DNA of 64,000 nt from Hypanus sabinus (taxonomy: Eukaryota), in NCBI RefSeq assembly GCF_030144855.1, contig NC_082731.1:25358001-25422000 (forward strand), in the 5' to 3' direction. A model generated the notes under the pieces. The model worked only from the letters and a program-made list of their open reading frames with translations, made no database searches and was not told the origin of the DNA. Within the stretch, counting starts at the first letter, position 1. The number at the start of each line of letters is the position of its first letter. This document shows positions 26,990 through 40,789 of this stretch, one piece after another. A program made the position numbers and the translations under genes.

Positions 26990-28520
26990 TTCCTGTAGTA
27001 TCCTTTTAATGGGAAATATTGAATATCCTATTACTTCGATTCCATATAATGGGATATATTGATAAGAAAAATCACAAAGGTGATAGATAACTGCTGCAAG
27101 GGGGTAGTCATCCCATATCTGCAGCAGGCCCATAACTGAGTAGCTGACAGTAGAAGCAGTGGAAATGTCATCTGGTGCAGAGGACAGCAACTCGGCCCCT
27201 CTCAATAATAATGTTCAGCATACACTTGGCGATGTCAGACAAATGGAAGGAGCACCACTGCCCGGATTTCTGGCACTGAGCCTGACGTTGTGCCTTAGAA
27301 ATGAGTTGGGGAGTAGATGATTGCATAAATAATGATGGAGTTCATAGTTTGAGGAGTGGATATGAGACACAGTAGACGCGAGAGAAGCACACAGGCGGCA
27401 TATGCCTACCAGCTCCAAGAGTCAGAGATGTAGCGGAGTTAGTCCACAGTATTTTAAAAGACGCGGTGGAGCAGTTTGACGTCTTGCTACACATCGGTAC
27501 CAAGTGCATTGTTTCATTTCAATGTTTTTATTTACCAGGTGATACCAAACACCATTGGCGCGGTAAAGCAGTTTCGTGCAGTGCAAGTCAATCGTATTGT
27601 CATTGCAAATATAATGTTCCGCTGCAGGCGATTTCGTGTTGGTAACCCGGATGGATACAGCTCCTGTGCTCCTGGGTGCGGGTTTCTACCATGCATCATG
27701 CCTGCCTGAAATATACTGATCGGCATGGAAATAAAACTGGAGGCAAAAGAAGGAAGAAAGACAAAGTTCTTGCTCCAAATAAGAACGTGAATTCGATACC
27801 ACACAAGATGGGAGGAGCAATCATGATTGGCTGAGTACTAACCAAACAGAAGTGATTAACTAGTGAATAAATACCAGCGGACTGGATATGTCCCTCATAA
27901 AAATGGCACAGCTTGTCATCAGATCTTCAGTTATACTCGATAACTGTACTCAGCTGTGTGCACAAGAAGAGGTTTTTCGTTAGAGTACATTATAACGTAG
28001 GATATTTCGGGTTGCTTGGAGGCATGTGGCATATCAGGCCAGGTTCACGTTATTTCCTAAAAGAAAATTCTTACCTAACAGACCTGTTCGTAGCCTTTAC
28101 TAAATTACTCGGAAGGATAATCGTTTATTTGGATTTTTAGAAGAAATTGACAATGTGCCGCGCATGAAAATGCTTAACAAGTTCAGACAGCACAGTGTTG
28201 CAGGAAAAAGAATGTTTTCATGGCTGACAGTGAGCGATATTTGGGAATATAAGAGAATTGTTCTCTTATATTCACAATATAAGTGGAAATTTTTGGGCGG
28301 CTTGTATTTTTCAGCAGGGTCGATTTTGGGACATCTACTTGTACAGTTATATGACAACGATTTGGACGGCGGAGTCGCTGGCTTTGTCGCAATTTTTGCA
28401 TGTTGTAACAAGATAAATTAGTTTAAATGTCTTTCCACCACCCTATGATGTGACAAAGAAGGACATAGGGAATATAATAGTGCTGAAAGCGGGGAGAACG
28501 GAAGCTGGAGTATGTAATGC
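26990..28520 (+). mobile_element. CR1 LINE, decayed
   Basis: ORF1 esterase remnant near 27400-27500 (...GCTACACATCGGTACC, HIGT) and RT remnant AGSILGHLLVQLYDNDLDGGVAGFVAIFA. Confidence 0.7.
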
Positions 28521-29689
28521 TATACGTCGTCGAAATGGATGCATAAAGAGATATTGCCTGAACCTGAGAAGAGAGAGATCAGAACAACGAGTTTATTTCT
28601 AGGGGGTAATTAGGCCAAGCAGACAACACGACAGGTTGGAAACATCACACTCCAGGGGATTGCAAGCTGAGCTTTATTGACGGGCTTATTACTCAAAAAC
28701 AGGCGTATGTAATGCGAGATGGTTTAGGACAGACCGGTCCCTAGGGATTGAGAGGCCCGGAGGCCTCTACCTTAACATCGAATGAGGTACTGCAAGATCC
28801 CTAAGCACTATCAGCACAGCAGATGTAAATAAAGCACAATTGGAGGTAGAATATAAAACTATCTTAATTCTGTTAACAGTACATTTTCAATAGATGTAGT
28901 TCCACATCATGACTTGCTTCTACTTTAAATACTTCGGGTAAGTGTCAAAACAGTTCTTAAAACCTGAATGATTTGTCAATACATAGATAATGCACTTCCG
29001 TAGACTGAATTCAGACAGAAACATTATCCACCGTCAAAAGTTCACTTTATTGTCTAACTGTGCATGTTGACTACAACATCGATATTCATCTTCTCCAGAT
29101 AACAATGTAATACTGGAAACCATGGATGTTATTGAAAGAAAATATATCAATTTCGCCCCCCCCCCCCCATTCGCACAAATACGAAATAAAATAAAACTCG
29201 AAATCCTTGCAAACCCCGAAAACCTTCAGACCCTCCTTCGCGGAAAAATGCACGAACAATTCGTCCACTTGGAAAACAGCAGTGTAGATAACGCTCCGTG
29301 GGAAACATGAGAATTTTATGGGGATCAAGTAGAAGTCCCGACTAACGTAGACTCTTTTTTTTGCTGGTTTTACGGTTTTCTATTCTTCACCTGATTATGG
29401 AACATCAAGGAGGCCTAGTGGATGTATTCACAATTATTTACATTGTAAATTCACGTGTTGTTTGCTGAGTCCTCAACGGTACTTCTCAGTAATATAAGCT
29501 AATTTCTGTTCTTAATATATCATCATTATTGATGGTTAATAACAGCAGAATTTTCTGTTGACCGAAACAAAAAATTGAAAACTGAAATAAATTTTTTCAC
29601 TCCACTTTCATGGTGATCAGGTAGACAAAGTTAATAATTACACGCTGAACTAAACACGTAGCCATTTCATATGCCTGATTGTACTATTG

Positions 29690-31250
29690 ATTCAGGTTCG
29701 CAGGTCTGACAATAAGACACAAAACGTTGACTGTAGATGAGTATATTAATCGTTTATTTACAAACAGTAAAACATCAAGAAAACACCATGTTTCTCAAAG
29801 CCGGATATTCAACAAGCATACATTGAGCAAAAACACTTAGTTAAGAGCGCAGAACATACCTACTCAATGACTATGTTCACGGCTTGCTTGAAACAATGAG
29901 AGAGATACAAAGCATCCTCATGTGCAATTTATACAATTTGAATATTTCAAACTGGACAATAATTTGTTCACCAATGGGAAAAGAAGCTGCAGTTGCTAAA
30001 ATAACCTATCACGACAAAGTGACTTTGGACAGTAAGAATAAGCTACACCATCCACTGGACCATCGAACCCTCGAAAGTGGCTAACGTTATGATCCGACTC
30101 TCATACTAGTATGACTCAAACTAAGCTACATATAAAACACAAAAGCACAAATCTCATTACTCTGAACCCAATAGTCACCCATTTCCCCCCAGTATACTGA
30201 AGATGTCCTCCACCTCCGTGGTGCCCAAACGCCACGAGCCCCATCCTGGAGGTTCGAACCTATGAGATGATCCGCTAATTAATGGAGACACTGATTCAAA
30301 AAGTTACCATCAACCAGGTGAATGATGTTGCCCGACCAGTCAAGAATTTAGCTGCAGAATTCTTTATCAATAACAGCATAAATGTCATCTTTCGTTGTGA
30401 GCAAGTAAACTAAGGCCATCGAAATTAATTTCCGAGATAGTTTAGCTGTATCATGCTGAGACATGCTATCTTTCAAAGCTTCCTTTTCTTTACAATCACT
30501 CTCTTACACTTCATCATTGGCGAGATGTTCCTTCAGTGTTCTGGAGTGGCATACATGTTGCACCAAATATCAACAGCACGACCCTGTTAGAATCATAGGT
30601 AGGTCGATGAACTGCATATCCAGTAAGTGCCATTTAGCACGAAACATTGTTTGCTTATTGGCAAAGACAGAACCATCCCAGGATACTGTTCGAGATGTTC
30701 ATCCCAGGTCGCTTGGCATCCACCTTTGGCCTTATACCTTCACGAAACATACCACCAACATCAAATCTGTCAGGTGGGAAGTTCATTTTAAGAGTCAGGT
30801 CCTTCCAAGCCAACTGCAACATTGTGAAACACCAGTGCTTAAATTAACTACTACATCAGAGCTACGTAGCTCCATGTATACTGTTGCCGTATTTAGTGTT
30901 GCAGTTGGTTGAAATGTATTGCATCCTCCCAGCTATTCCAAATTGGAATGCCAAATCTTTCCAAACAATGGCATTTTTCCTTGTCAAAGGGATCATATTA
31001 GTGGCATATCTTCCGTCATGTCTAATAAGTTGCCTTACAGATTCTGCAGTCTGCCACCACTGGTCCGTTTTACAAATTTTAACGCCAATCCCAAGGATAT
31101 ATCATTCGATTTAGAATTGCTTAGCTGGATCCGCCACGTCGCATTCTATAATGCAGGGCGATAGTAAAACATTCCCTCCTGACTAGTCACTGGGTAGTTA
31201 GAAACGACAAAGGCAATTGATTCCCTCATGCTCAGTTCCCCCTTTCAATT
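29690..31250 (-). mobile_element. Possible LTR/ERV-like remnant (LTR-like part ~29690-30182 plus decayed internal region)
   Basis: On minus, a purine tract GGGGGGAAA followed by TG near 30182, AATAAA near 29755, and an integrase-like RFGIP at 30958-30945. Heavily decayed. Confidence 0.3.
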
Positions 31251-31387
31251 GCGCATCTCATATCAGGAGTAAGTTTACCCAAATTTCTTCCCTATCAAAC
31301 CAGATTTCATATGGTTGAAATGAAAATTGCGTCATTCATAAAACATCTGCATGAGGTGTTATGATGCAGCAACAATTAATATAAAAG

Positions 31388-32200
31388 TGAGACAGTTTTT
31401 TTTTTATAAACAAATAAAACATTTGTTAAGCACAACTCAAAAAAAGTAAACAATCGACTAACTTTACCGGAAGTGGACTGCTATATGGCAGCTCGGACAG
31501 TTCTTAAAACGAGAAATGCGAACGTAGTTCTTAAAATAGTAGATGCATGTGTCCAAATGATTTACACAGTCAGTCCGGAGAGACTTTCCTTGAAGTAATA
31601 ATTTATCTTACGTGACGTTACTGCTGATCCCAACCAAAGTATGCCTTGCCAAAGGATTTACGATTAAGGAAAGAACACGGCTTAAAGGCACTGAATTTTC
31701 TTTGGCGAAACCTTGCGCCAGCCCATTTACTTGTTAGCAGTGACCATCATGGATTCAGGATTCTAATTCCTTCCGAATGTGGATCAAATAAGGTCGAACA
31801 TGCTTTACTGCCGAAACCACCAACTTTTCTCGATACTTCGGGTATTCTGTATTTCAAAACTTCCTTCAATCTCCGAACGGGCTTTAACTGGCACAGATAT
31901 TCAAAACTGCTGGCACGATTCTTCCGGTAGAAATTAAAATTTCTTTTCTCATAACAAAACTGCGTCAGGAAATCAAATACGCAGCAGATCCGAGTCACTA
32001 ACAAATTAAGCCATCAGCTGAACTACGTCACAAGGTGGGGTTCTCCTTTTATACCCTGTCGAAAAAGGCCGTCACAAGACCTGTCACTGGCGGGAAAATT
32101 GCATCACTCCACCATCAAAAGACCACTACATCATGCCCAGCATAGCCTGAATTACATTACGGTCATGTGACAGTCACAAGATACCCAGGGGTACGTAACA
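31388..32200 (-). mobile_element. Gypsy 3' LTR
   Basis: Begins TGTTACGTACCC on minus at 32200, preceded by a polypurine tract (plus CTTCCCTCC at 32201-32209). TATAAAA on minus near 32050. Homologous to 39214-39853. Left boundary approximate. Confidence 0.8.
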
Positions 32201-32215
32201 CTTCCCTCCAAAAAT

Positions 32216-34260
32216 AATATCGTCTGTCATGAACAAAAATTTAAAAACTTACGATTTACAAAAATACAAAAATACAAATGTATAAAATTTACAACACACG
32301 CAATATACATAGTATTATCATTCAGCATCTTACAACTTACTATACAGCAGGCGTGTTACAAATGTTAAAATATCAGTCCATTAAAAATTACATTGTACAT
32401 TCAACATGAAGATGGACAATCAACAATCACATTGTCTTTGCCTTTAGTATGAGTTATCAAAAATTATACTCGTGTAACGTCAAACATTTCTGCTAAATTG
32501 GCGTTTGATGTATTCCTTACATCTTTGTCCTTAACCAAGCCTGGACCTACAGCAGAACCAAGGTTAGTCACAGTGACATTTCGGAATTCACATTTAGCTA
32601 AGTTAATACTTGTTAGCTTTTGAAAGCCTTTCAAATTGATTCTCCGCCGCAGTTATCTGTGCTTCACAGGTATCATTTCCTGTAACGACTTGCTCAATAT
32701 AGTGATCTTCAACATCTACATCATGTGAAGCTACTGTGGTTATTCTAGGAATGTCTGGAAATAGATCACTCCATTTAAAAATTAATTCCTTCATCTGTTG
32801 TTTCTGCTTTGGCTGTAAATGTGCTAATTTCACATCAACATTTTTCAAAATGGTTGAGCTTGGTAATCTGACAGAAACAACGTTGGATTTAAAATGAGTT
32901 TCATTTGAAACATCCATTATGTTCCTAGTGAGATCAGACTCATTATTATTGACCACAACAATCATAGTAGCAGAGTGTTTCTCATAATTTAGTTTTATAT
33001 TATTTACATGGCATTGTTGTGTTAGCTCTCCACGATCTGGACTTTTTATCGTGTAATCCACATCATTAATTTTAGACATAATTTCAGAATGACCATGGAA
33101 GTTAGCTTGTAAAGGATTATTTTGCACTGGGAAAAAGAGCCAGCACTTTATCTCTAGTCTTAAATGTACTCACCCTACCTTCTTTATCGTACCAGGTTTT
33201 CATTTTCTTCTGAGCCGATTTAAAAATTTCCCTGGCTAAGGTACAAGCTTTATGTAATCGGTCTTTAAAATTTAAAACATTGTCTGGAAAATTAGTGTGT
33301 ACTTCTTTAGTAATCCCCCTTTCTTCTAATAAGGCCAAACTCTATGCTCAAGTACAAGTTCAAACTGACTGAAACATAATGAATCCTGTACCCACTCCCT
33401 TACTGCAAATATATTAATTGACTAGCCTCATCCCATTCAATTTCATTTTCCACTCGATAATCATAACCTTGAGGGTCGAATGAAACCTCCCAAGTTGCCT
33501 TGCGATTCTGGTTGGTGTGCAGACAATGTAAGCTGCTCAGGTCCACATTGCAAACTATCTGTTGAAATAATCCAGACATAAAATTGCTGCCTTGATCAGA
33601 TTGTGTTTCCTTCGGCAACCCAAAATAAATAAAGATTTTTTTAGAGCCTTTATCACAGTTTTGATTGTTATATTCCTAAGTGGTACTGTCTTTGGAAACC
33701 TAGACGCAGTCCACATGATAGTCAGCAAGTACTGATAATCATTTTTTTTTGTTTGTTTTTGGTAATGGTCCTACACAATCTATAGTAATTTTGGAAAAAG
33801 GTTCACCAAATGCTGGAATAAGTTGCATTGGAGCCACTGGTGTAATTTGATTAGGTTTACCCATAATTTGGCAAATATGACACGTTCTGCAAAACGTCGC
33901 CACATATATTCTCAAACCAGGCCAGTAAAAATGTTTAAAGATCTTGTCCACAGTTTTCCTTATCCCCTGATGTCCACCCAAAGGCTCACTATGGGCTAAA
34001 GTTAAAACATCATTTCGATAAACTTTCGAACATCTACCTGGTGAACAATATTCAATTCATCACGTGCAGGAATTGTAGACGATCTCCACTTCCTCATCAA
34101 TACCACTTTCTCAAAATAATATCCTACTTACACCTCATCAATTACCCTATCCAGAAGAGCTTGTTCTTTTAATTTGATAATCTCAGGTTCTCGACTCTGC
34201 TCTGCTATCATCTGCTTCCGAGACGAGACAAATTTCCATGGTCAGACTTACTCCAAGAAA
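32216..34260 (-). mobile_element. Gypsy internal region (integrase, decayed)
   Basis: GGHQGIRKT...FYWPGL...CRTCHICQ (HHCC zinc domain), IDCVGPLPKT and QSDQGSNFMS (DDE core), broken by frameshifts. Confidence 0.88.
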
Positions 34261-34261
34261 C

Positions 34262-37200
34262 TTGTTCTTTCATTTTTTCAATCTTTTTTTATTATCGTTA
34301 ATAATATGAACAAAATACAATTGATATATTAATAAAGGGATTTCAAACATACAAATTACCATTGCACATGAAAGAATACATAAACAATGATTACAATATA
34401 ACTGAGTTTTCCCAAAACATGAACCATAGAGTATATGTATGAACAAGGTAAATCTTGGTATTTCATAATATATAATAAAAAAAACACAGAAAAAAGAAAA
34501 AAAAATGTTATGGAAAAATAACTAAACTGCTAATCTAATAGCTAATAAAGAAGAAAAAAAAGAAAGAAAAGAAAAAAAGAAAGAAAAAGTAAAAAAAGAA
34601 AAAAAAGAGCTGTTTATACTATCTCACAAGAATGCATAAACATCAGTGTCATCAACTCCGATCCTCTCAAGATAAATAAGATTAAAACTGGAAAATCAAA
34701 TAAGCTTTGAAGAGGGTCATATTACCATATGAAAATATTGAATAAATGGTCTCCATATCTTTTCAAATTTAATAGGAGTATCAAATACACCATACAATTT
34801 TTTTCTAAATTTAAACATAACGTAGTTTCGGAAAACCAATGAAATACATTGGGAAGATTAATTTCCTTCCAATTCAGCAAAATAGATCTTCTGGCTATCA
34901 GAGTGAGAAATGCAATCATTCGACAGGCGGCAGAAGATAAATGAACTAAGTCCATCATTGGTAAGCCAAAAATTGCGGTAAGAGGATGGGGTTGTAAATC
35001 GATGATCAATGCCGCAGAGATAATATCAAAAATATCTTTCCAATATTTTCTCTAAAGCGGACATGACCGAAACATATGAGTTAACGATGCAGTTTCAAAT
35101 TGACATCTATCACAAATAGGATTTATATAAGAATAAAAATGAGCTAATTTATCCTTGCACATATGGGCCCTATGTACGAACTTAAATTGTATTCATGAAT
35201 GTTTAGCACATATAGAAGATGTATTAACTAATTGAAGAATTCTATCCCAATTCTCAATAGGAATAATAAGATTAAGCTCTCTTTCCCAATCATTTTTGTC
35301 TTATAAAGGGGCTCTGAACGTATCTTCATAATTATATTATAAAATTTTGATATAAACCCTTTTTGAAAAGGGTTTAATTCAAACAAACTCTCCAAAATAT
35401 CTGAAGACACAAAATTTGGAAACGTAGGAAGTACAGTACTTAAAAATGCCTAATCTGTAATTATCTATAAAAATGAAATCTAGGCAAATTATATTTATTA
35501 GATAATTTCTCAAAAGACATAAAACAATTGTCCAAAAATAAATCAGAAAATCTTAGTAAGCCCTTAGTTTTCCAAGCCGAATAGGCTTGATCTATAACTG
35601 AAGGGTGGAAAAAGCAATTAGATTCAATAGGAATATTTAAAACGAATTGAGACAACACGAAAAATTTCCAAAATTGAAACCATATACGTATAGTATGTTT
35701 AACTATCGGGTTGTCAATTCTTTTCGGCAATTTAGAAAGAGCAAGAGGGAGAGGAGTCCCTAAAATAGAACCCAGTGCATAACCTGGTACTGATTTAATT
35801 TCCAAACTCACCCAGTGAGGGCCAAAAGATCCATCCTAGTCTTTCAACCAACATAACAAATATCTAATACTAACTGCCCAATAATAAAATCTGAAATTAG
35901 GTAATGCTAACCCACCTTCCTTCTTTGCCTTCTGTAAATATATTTAACATAAACTGGGATTTTTATTCTGCCATATATATGAGGAAATTTTTGAATCAAC
36001 ATTAGTAAAAAAAGATTTCGGAATAAAAATTGGTACCGCTTGAAAAATATATAAAAGCTAGGTAAAATAACCATCTTAATAGTATTAATCCTACCTATCA
36101 GAGATAAAGATAATGGTGACCACTTAGTAAACAAGCATTTAATCTGATCAATTATGGGTAAAAAATTAGACCTAAATAATTCTTTATGGTTTTCTGTGAT
36201 TTTAATCCCTAAATAAATAAAAGAGTCATTAACTAGCTTAAAAGGTAAATTTCCATAAATTGGGACCTGTCTATTCAAAGGAAACAATTCACTCTTATTA
36301 AGATTTAACTTATACCCAGAAAACTCACTAAATTGAGCAAACAGTGATAGAACTGCTGGAATAGATTTCTCAGGGTTAGAAATGAATAATAATAAATCAT
36401 CTGCATACAAAGATAACTTATGAATATCTGTCCCACGATTAATACACGAAATATCCTGTGATTCTCTGATGGCAATTGCCAAAGGTTCTAAAGCAATGTT
36501 AGATAGTAATGGACTAAGAGGACAGCCTTGTCTAGTGCCCCGAAATAAACGAAATAAGGGAGATCTTTGATTATTAGTAAACACTGAGGCTACTGGAGTG
36601 TGATAAATCATTTTAATCCAGGAAATGAATGTCGGACTAAAATTATACTTCTCCAAAACATTAAATAAGTAAGGCCATTCAACTCTATCAAATGTTTTCT
36701 CCGCATCTAAAGAAATAACACATTCTGAAGTGTTATGTGAAGGAGTATAAACAATATTCTGTAATCTCCTAACACAGAAAAAAGAATAGTGATTTTTAAT
36801 AAAACCGGTTTGATCTTCCGAAATAATTTGGGATAATACCATCTCTAACCTGGATGCCAGTAACTTGGAAACGATCTTGGAGTCTACATTCAATAAGGAT
36901 ATTCGTCTATAGGATGCACAGTCAGTAGGGTCTTTATCTTTCTTCAGTATTAAAGAAATGAAAGCTCTATAAATATTGGGGCAAATTCCCCAATCTAATT
37001 GCTTGTTCAAAAACCCTGCATAACCAAGGGGAAAGAGTCGCAGAAAAACATTTTAAAAATTCTACTGTATACCCATCTGGACCTGGTCCTTTCCCAAAAT
37101 TCATTGAGTAAATAACCCCTTTGATTTCTGCGTCCGTAATAGGACTATATAATATTGAAAGATCATCGGATGATAATTTTGGAAAATTCAATTTCCCAAG

Positions 37201-38705
37201 AAAATCACACATAGTATTACGATCCTGAGGGAATTTAGATTGATACAGGGAGGTATAAAAGTCTTGAAATGGCTTATTTATCTCATCATGGTTAACTGTC
37301 AAATCCCCATTCTGCTGACGAATCTTAGTGATTTGACGTTTAAACAAAGCATTCTTCAACTGTCTAGCTAACGGTTTACCTGATTTATCACTATGTATAT
37401 AAAAAATCAGATCTGGTTTTCATTAATTGATTTTCAATCGGAGATTTAAGTAATAAACTATGTTCCATTTGAAGTTCAACCCTTTTTTTGCAAAGCTCCC
37501 TACTCGAAGTGATCAAATATTTCTTGTCAATCTTTTTAATTTTATCGACCAATAAAAGAGTTTCCTTCTCATTGCGTTTTCTTAAACCAAAGGAGTAAGA
37601 GATAATCTGTCCACGTATATACGCTTTAAAAGTGTCCCAAAGTGATCCGCAAGAAATATCATCCGTGGAATTAGTTCAAAAGAAGAAATCATCCTGTTCC
37701 TTCGTAAATTTAATAAAGTCCGGATCTTGCAGTAAGATAGAGTCGAATCGCCATTGTCCAACATTAGAAGCTGTATCCGTAAATTTATTAGAAAGTTTTA
37801 ATGGAGCAAGGTCAGAGATAGCTATAATATCATAATTGCAACCGATTACCGATGGAATAAAACAAGAGTCAATAAAAAAATAATCAATTCTCGAATAAGA
37901 ATGATAAACATGTGAGCAAAACAAAATTCTTTGTCGAGAGGATGCCAAAATCTCCAAATATCCAACACTCCATTATCAGTCAAAAATGAGTTAAGTCAAG
38001 TGGTCGACTTATTGTGTAAAGTCTGAACAGATAAAGATTTATCCATCAAAGGATTTGAACAACAATTAAAGTTGCCACCCATTATTAACTTATATTCATT
38101 TAGATTAGGTAAAGAAGTAAATAAGGACTTAAAGAAATCAGGACAATCCACATTTGGAGTATAAACATTAACCATAGCAACCCTTTTATTACAAAGTAAA
38201 CCCGTAATTAACAAAAATCTACCACTCGGATCCGAAAAGATATCGTATTGGACAAATGCAATAGAGCAGTCAATAAAAATTGAAACCCCCTTTACTTTGG
38301 CATTCGAATTGGAATGATACTGTTGACCCCGCCAAGACATAAATAACGATATTTGTCCTCCTTCCTCACATGAGCTTCTTGTACAAAAATAATATGAGCA
38401 TAAAGTCTTTGGAATACTTTGAAAATCTTCTTTCGTTTAATAGGATGGTTTAAACCATTATTACTCCAAGACACAAAATTAATGGTCTGAGCCATGTTTC
38501 TAAAATCAACCCTTTGGTATAAAAAGGAATAACCAAATTATAAACTCATGCAGAAGAAGAACAAAAATAGAGAACGGACACGGAAGTGACGACTTCGTAG
38601 ACATATTTGAACTTCAAAAACAGCCCAAATGAAATAAAACTAAAACAAACTGGTAAAAGAAAAATATAATTACAAAACAGCCCATCCTCCACCCCCTCAA
38701 GAAAA
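34262..38705 (-). mobile_element. L1-clade LINE (ORF2 endonuclease/RT with frameshifts, 3' UTR; ORF1 and 5' end missing)
   Basis: ORF2 starts at 38495 (NFVSWSNNGLN...QEAH, NVYTPN, GGNFN, SRIDY). RT frame 35907-37010 has GTRQGCPLSP and LYADD. An A-rich tail near 34262 adjoins the Gypsy pol sequence. Confidence 0.93.
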
Positions 38706-39171
38706 ACGTTTATTTTAATTCATTCTTCACCTCTCTTTTAATAGTTTATAAATCTCTGCCCCTGTAAAGCTACTGTGACAACTCTAATTTCCCTTGAGAT
38801 CAGTAAAGTATCTATTTATGTATGTATCTGGATAAGCAGTCGGGAGTGGAGCATCACACATTTCCTATAAATTATGGTTTTTACATTTGCTTTAAACCCG
38901 TTTCCCGGAGGAGCTGGTAAATGAGGATCTATGAAATATGGAGGAAGCGCAGGAATAGTATAGAGAGTGAGATTGTCGAGGAGGAATGATCAATGCTGAA
39001 TTCATCTTCCTATAAGTGTTCATTATTTCCTCTGCCAGATTCCTTGCACTCCATTCAGAGCTACCTGCTAAGTGTGGCAGCTAATGGTCGCCAGCAGCGG
39101 CAATCGAGGTGTGGCTATCACTTTCTCGCATCATTGTGCAGGGAAGGCGCCAACGACCTGTATCACTATTG
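38706..39171. repeat. Near-identical inverted copy of 40315-40781
   Basis: Reverse-complement match over ~466 bp. I counted three substitutions and one 1-bp indel. The ORF track gives the same peptide, MLNSSSYKCSLF.LPDSL..., on opposite strands. Confidence 0.95.
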
Positions 39172-39213
39172 TTGTTCAAATCCTTTGATGGATAAATCTT
39201 TATCTGTTCAGAC

Positions 39214-39853
39214 TTTACACAGTCAGTTAGGAGAGACTTTCTTTGAAGTAGTGAATTTTCTTACGTGTCGTTACTGCTGATCACAGCCGAAGTATGCCTT
39301 CACCGAAGGACTTGCGATGAAGGACATAAAACTGTTTATAGTCACTGAACTTTCCTGGGCGAAACCGTGCTCCAATCCTTTCTTCCGTTTAACAGCGATA
39401 TCGTGGATTCAGGTTAGAATCCCTTCCGAAATAGTTTCAAATAAGATCGAAACTCATTTACCGGCAACAACACCAACTTTTCTTGATCCTTCGGATTTTC
39501 TGTGCTTCAATAAATTCTTCACTCTTCGACTGGACTTTAACTGGGAGTGATTTTCAGAACTGCCGGCATAACAATTCTTACAGTAGAAATTAAAACACTT
39601 TTAAAACCAAATTGTATCATGAAATCAAATACGGAGCAGAACGGAGTCACTGACGAGATAAGCCACGAGCTGAGCTACGTCACAGGGTGGTATTCTCTTT
39701 TTATACCCTGTTGAAAGAGGACATCCTATGATCTCTCACTGGCGGGAAAAGTTAAATCTCTCCACCATCACAAGACCATCACATCATGTCCAACAGAGCC
39801 TCAATTACCTCATGGTCATGCCACAGTCACAAGATACCCACGGGTACGTAACA
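39214..39853 (-). mobile_element. Gypsy LTR, truncated (same family as 31388-32200)
   Basis: Collinear with ~31561-32200 at roughly three-quarters identity by eye, with the same TGTTACGTACCC terminus and no adjacent polypurine tract. Confidence 0.85.
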
Positions 39854-40129
39854 GAGGAAACATTAATAAGGTAACAGATTAAGACATAATTAACACATAA
39901 CAGATTTTAAAAGATGAGACCTGAAGTTACTGACTAAACAAATACAATTAAGGAAGTTACAGATTAGAACACATAACACAAAGCATAGGCTGTAGTGCAC
40001 TTCTTTTAAAACTTACAATTAAATTGCAAGAAGTTAAAACCGATGGTTAATTTCTCATTGATAAATACATATTTTGGAGAACAACAGAGCTGTAAAAACA
40101 GGTGTGTGCGGCCGAACAGATTCGCATCA

Positions 40130-40261
40130 NNNNNNNNNNNNNNNNNNNNNNNNNNNNNNNNNNNNNNNNNNNNNNNNNNNNNNNNNNNNNNNNNNNNNNN
40201 NNNNNNNNNNNNNNNNNNNNNNNNNNNNNNNNNNNNNNNNNNNNNNNNNNNNNNNNNNNNN
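40130..40261. other. Assembly gap (132 N)
   Basis: Run of N. Confidence 1.
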
Positions 40262-40789
40262 TGGCCACACCCCATATTTCTGCGCATTCTATTCACTCAC
40301 ATTCTCTTTATAGGCAATAGTGATACAGGTCGTTGGCGCCTTCCCTGCACAATGATGCGAGAAAGTGATAGCCACACCTCGATTGCCGCTGCTGGCGACC
40401 ATTAGCTGCCACACTTAGTAGGTAGCTCTGAATGGAGTGCAAGGAATCTGGCAGAAGAAATAATGAACACTTATAGGAAGATGAATTCAGCATTGATCAT
40501 TCCTCCTCGACAATCTCACTCTCTATACTATTCCTGCGCTTCCTCCATATTTCATAGATCCTCATTTACCAGCTCCTCCGGGAAACGGGTTTAAAGCAAA
40601 TGTAAAAACCATAATTTATAGGAAATGTGTGATGCTCCACTCCCCGACTGCTTATCCAGATACATACATAAATAGATACTTTACTGATCTCAAGGGAAAT
40701 TAGAGTTGTCACAGTAGCTTTACAGGGGCAGAGTTTTATAAACTATTAAAAGAGAGGTGAAGAATGAATTAAAATAAACGTGTTATCTC

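Noticed and set aside
35907-37010. 367-aa RT ORF as an active or domesticated gene
   Set aside because: It is one fragment of a multiply frameshifted L1 ORF2 that lacks ORF1 and a promoter.
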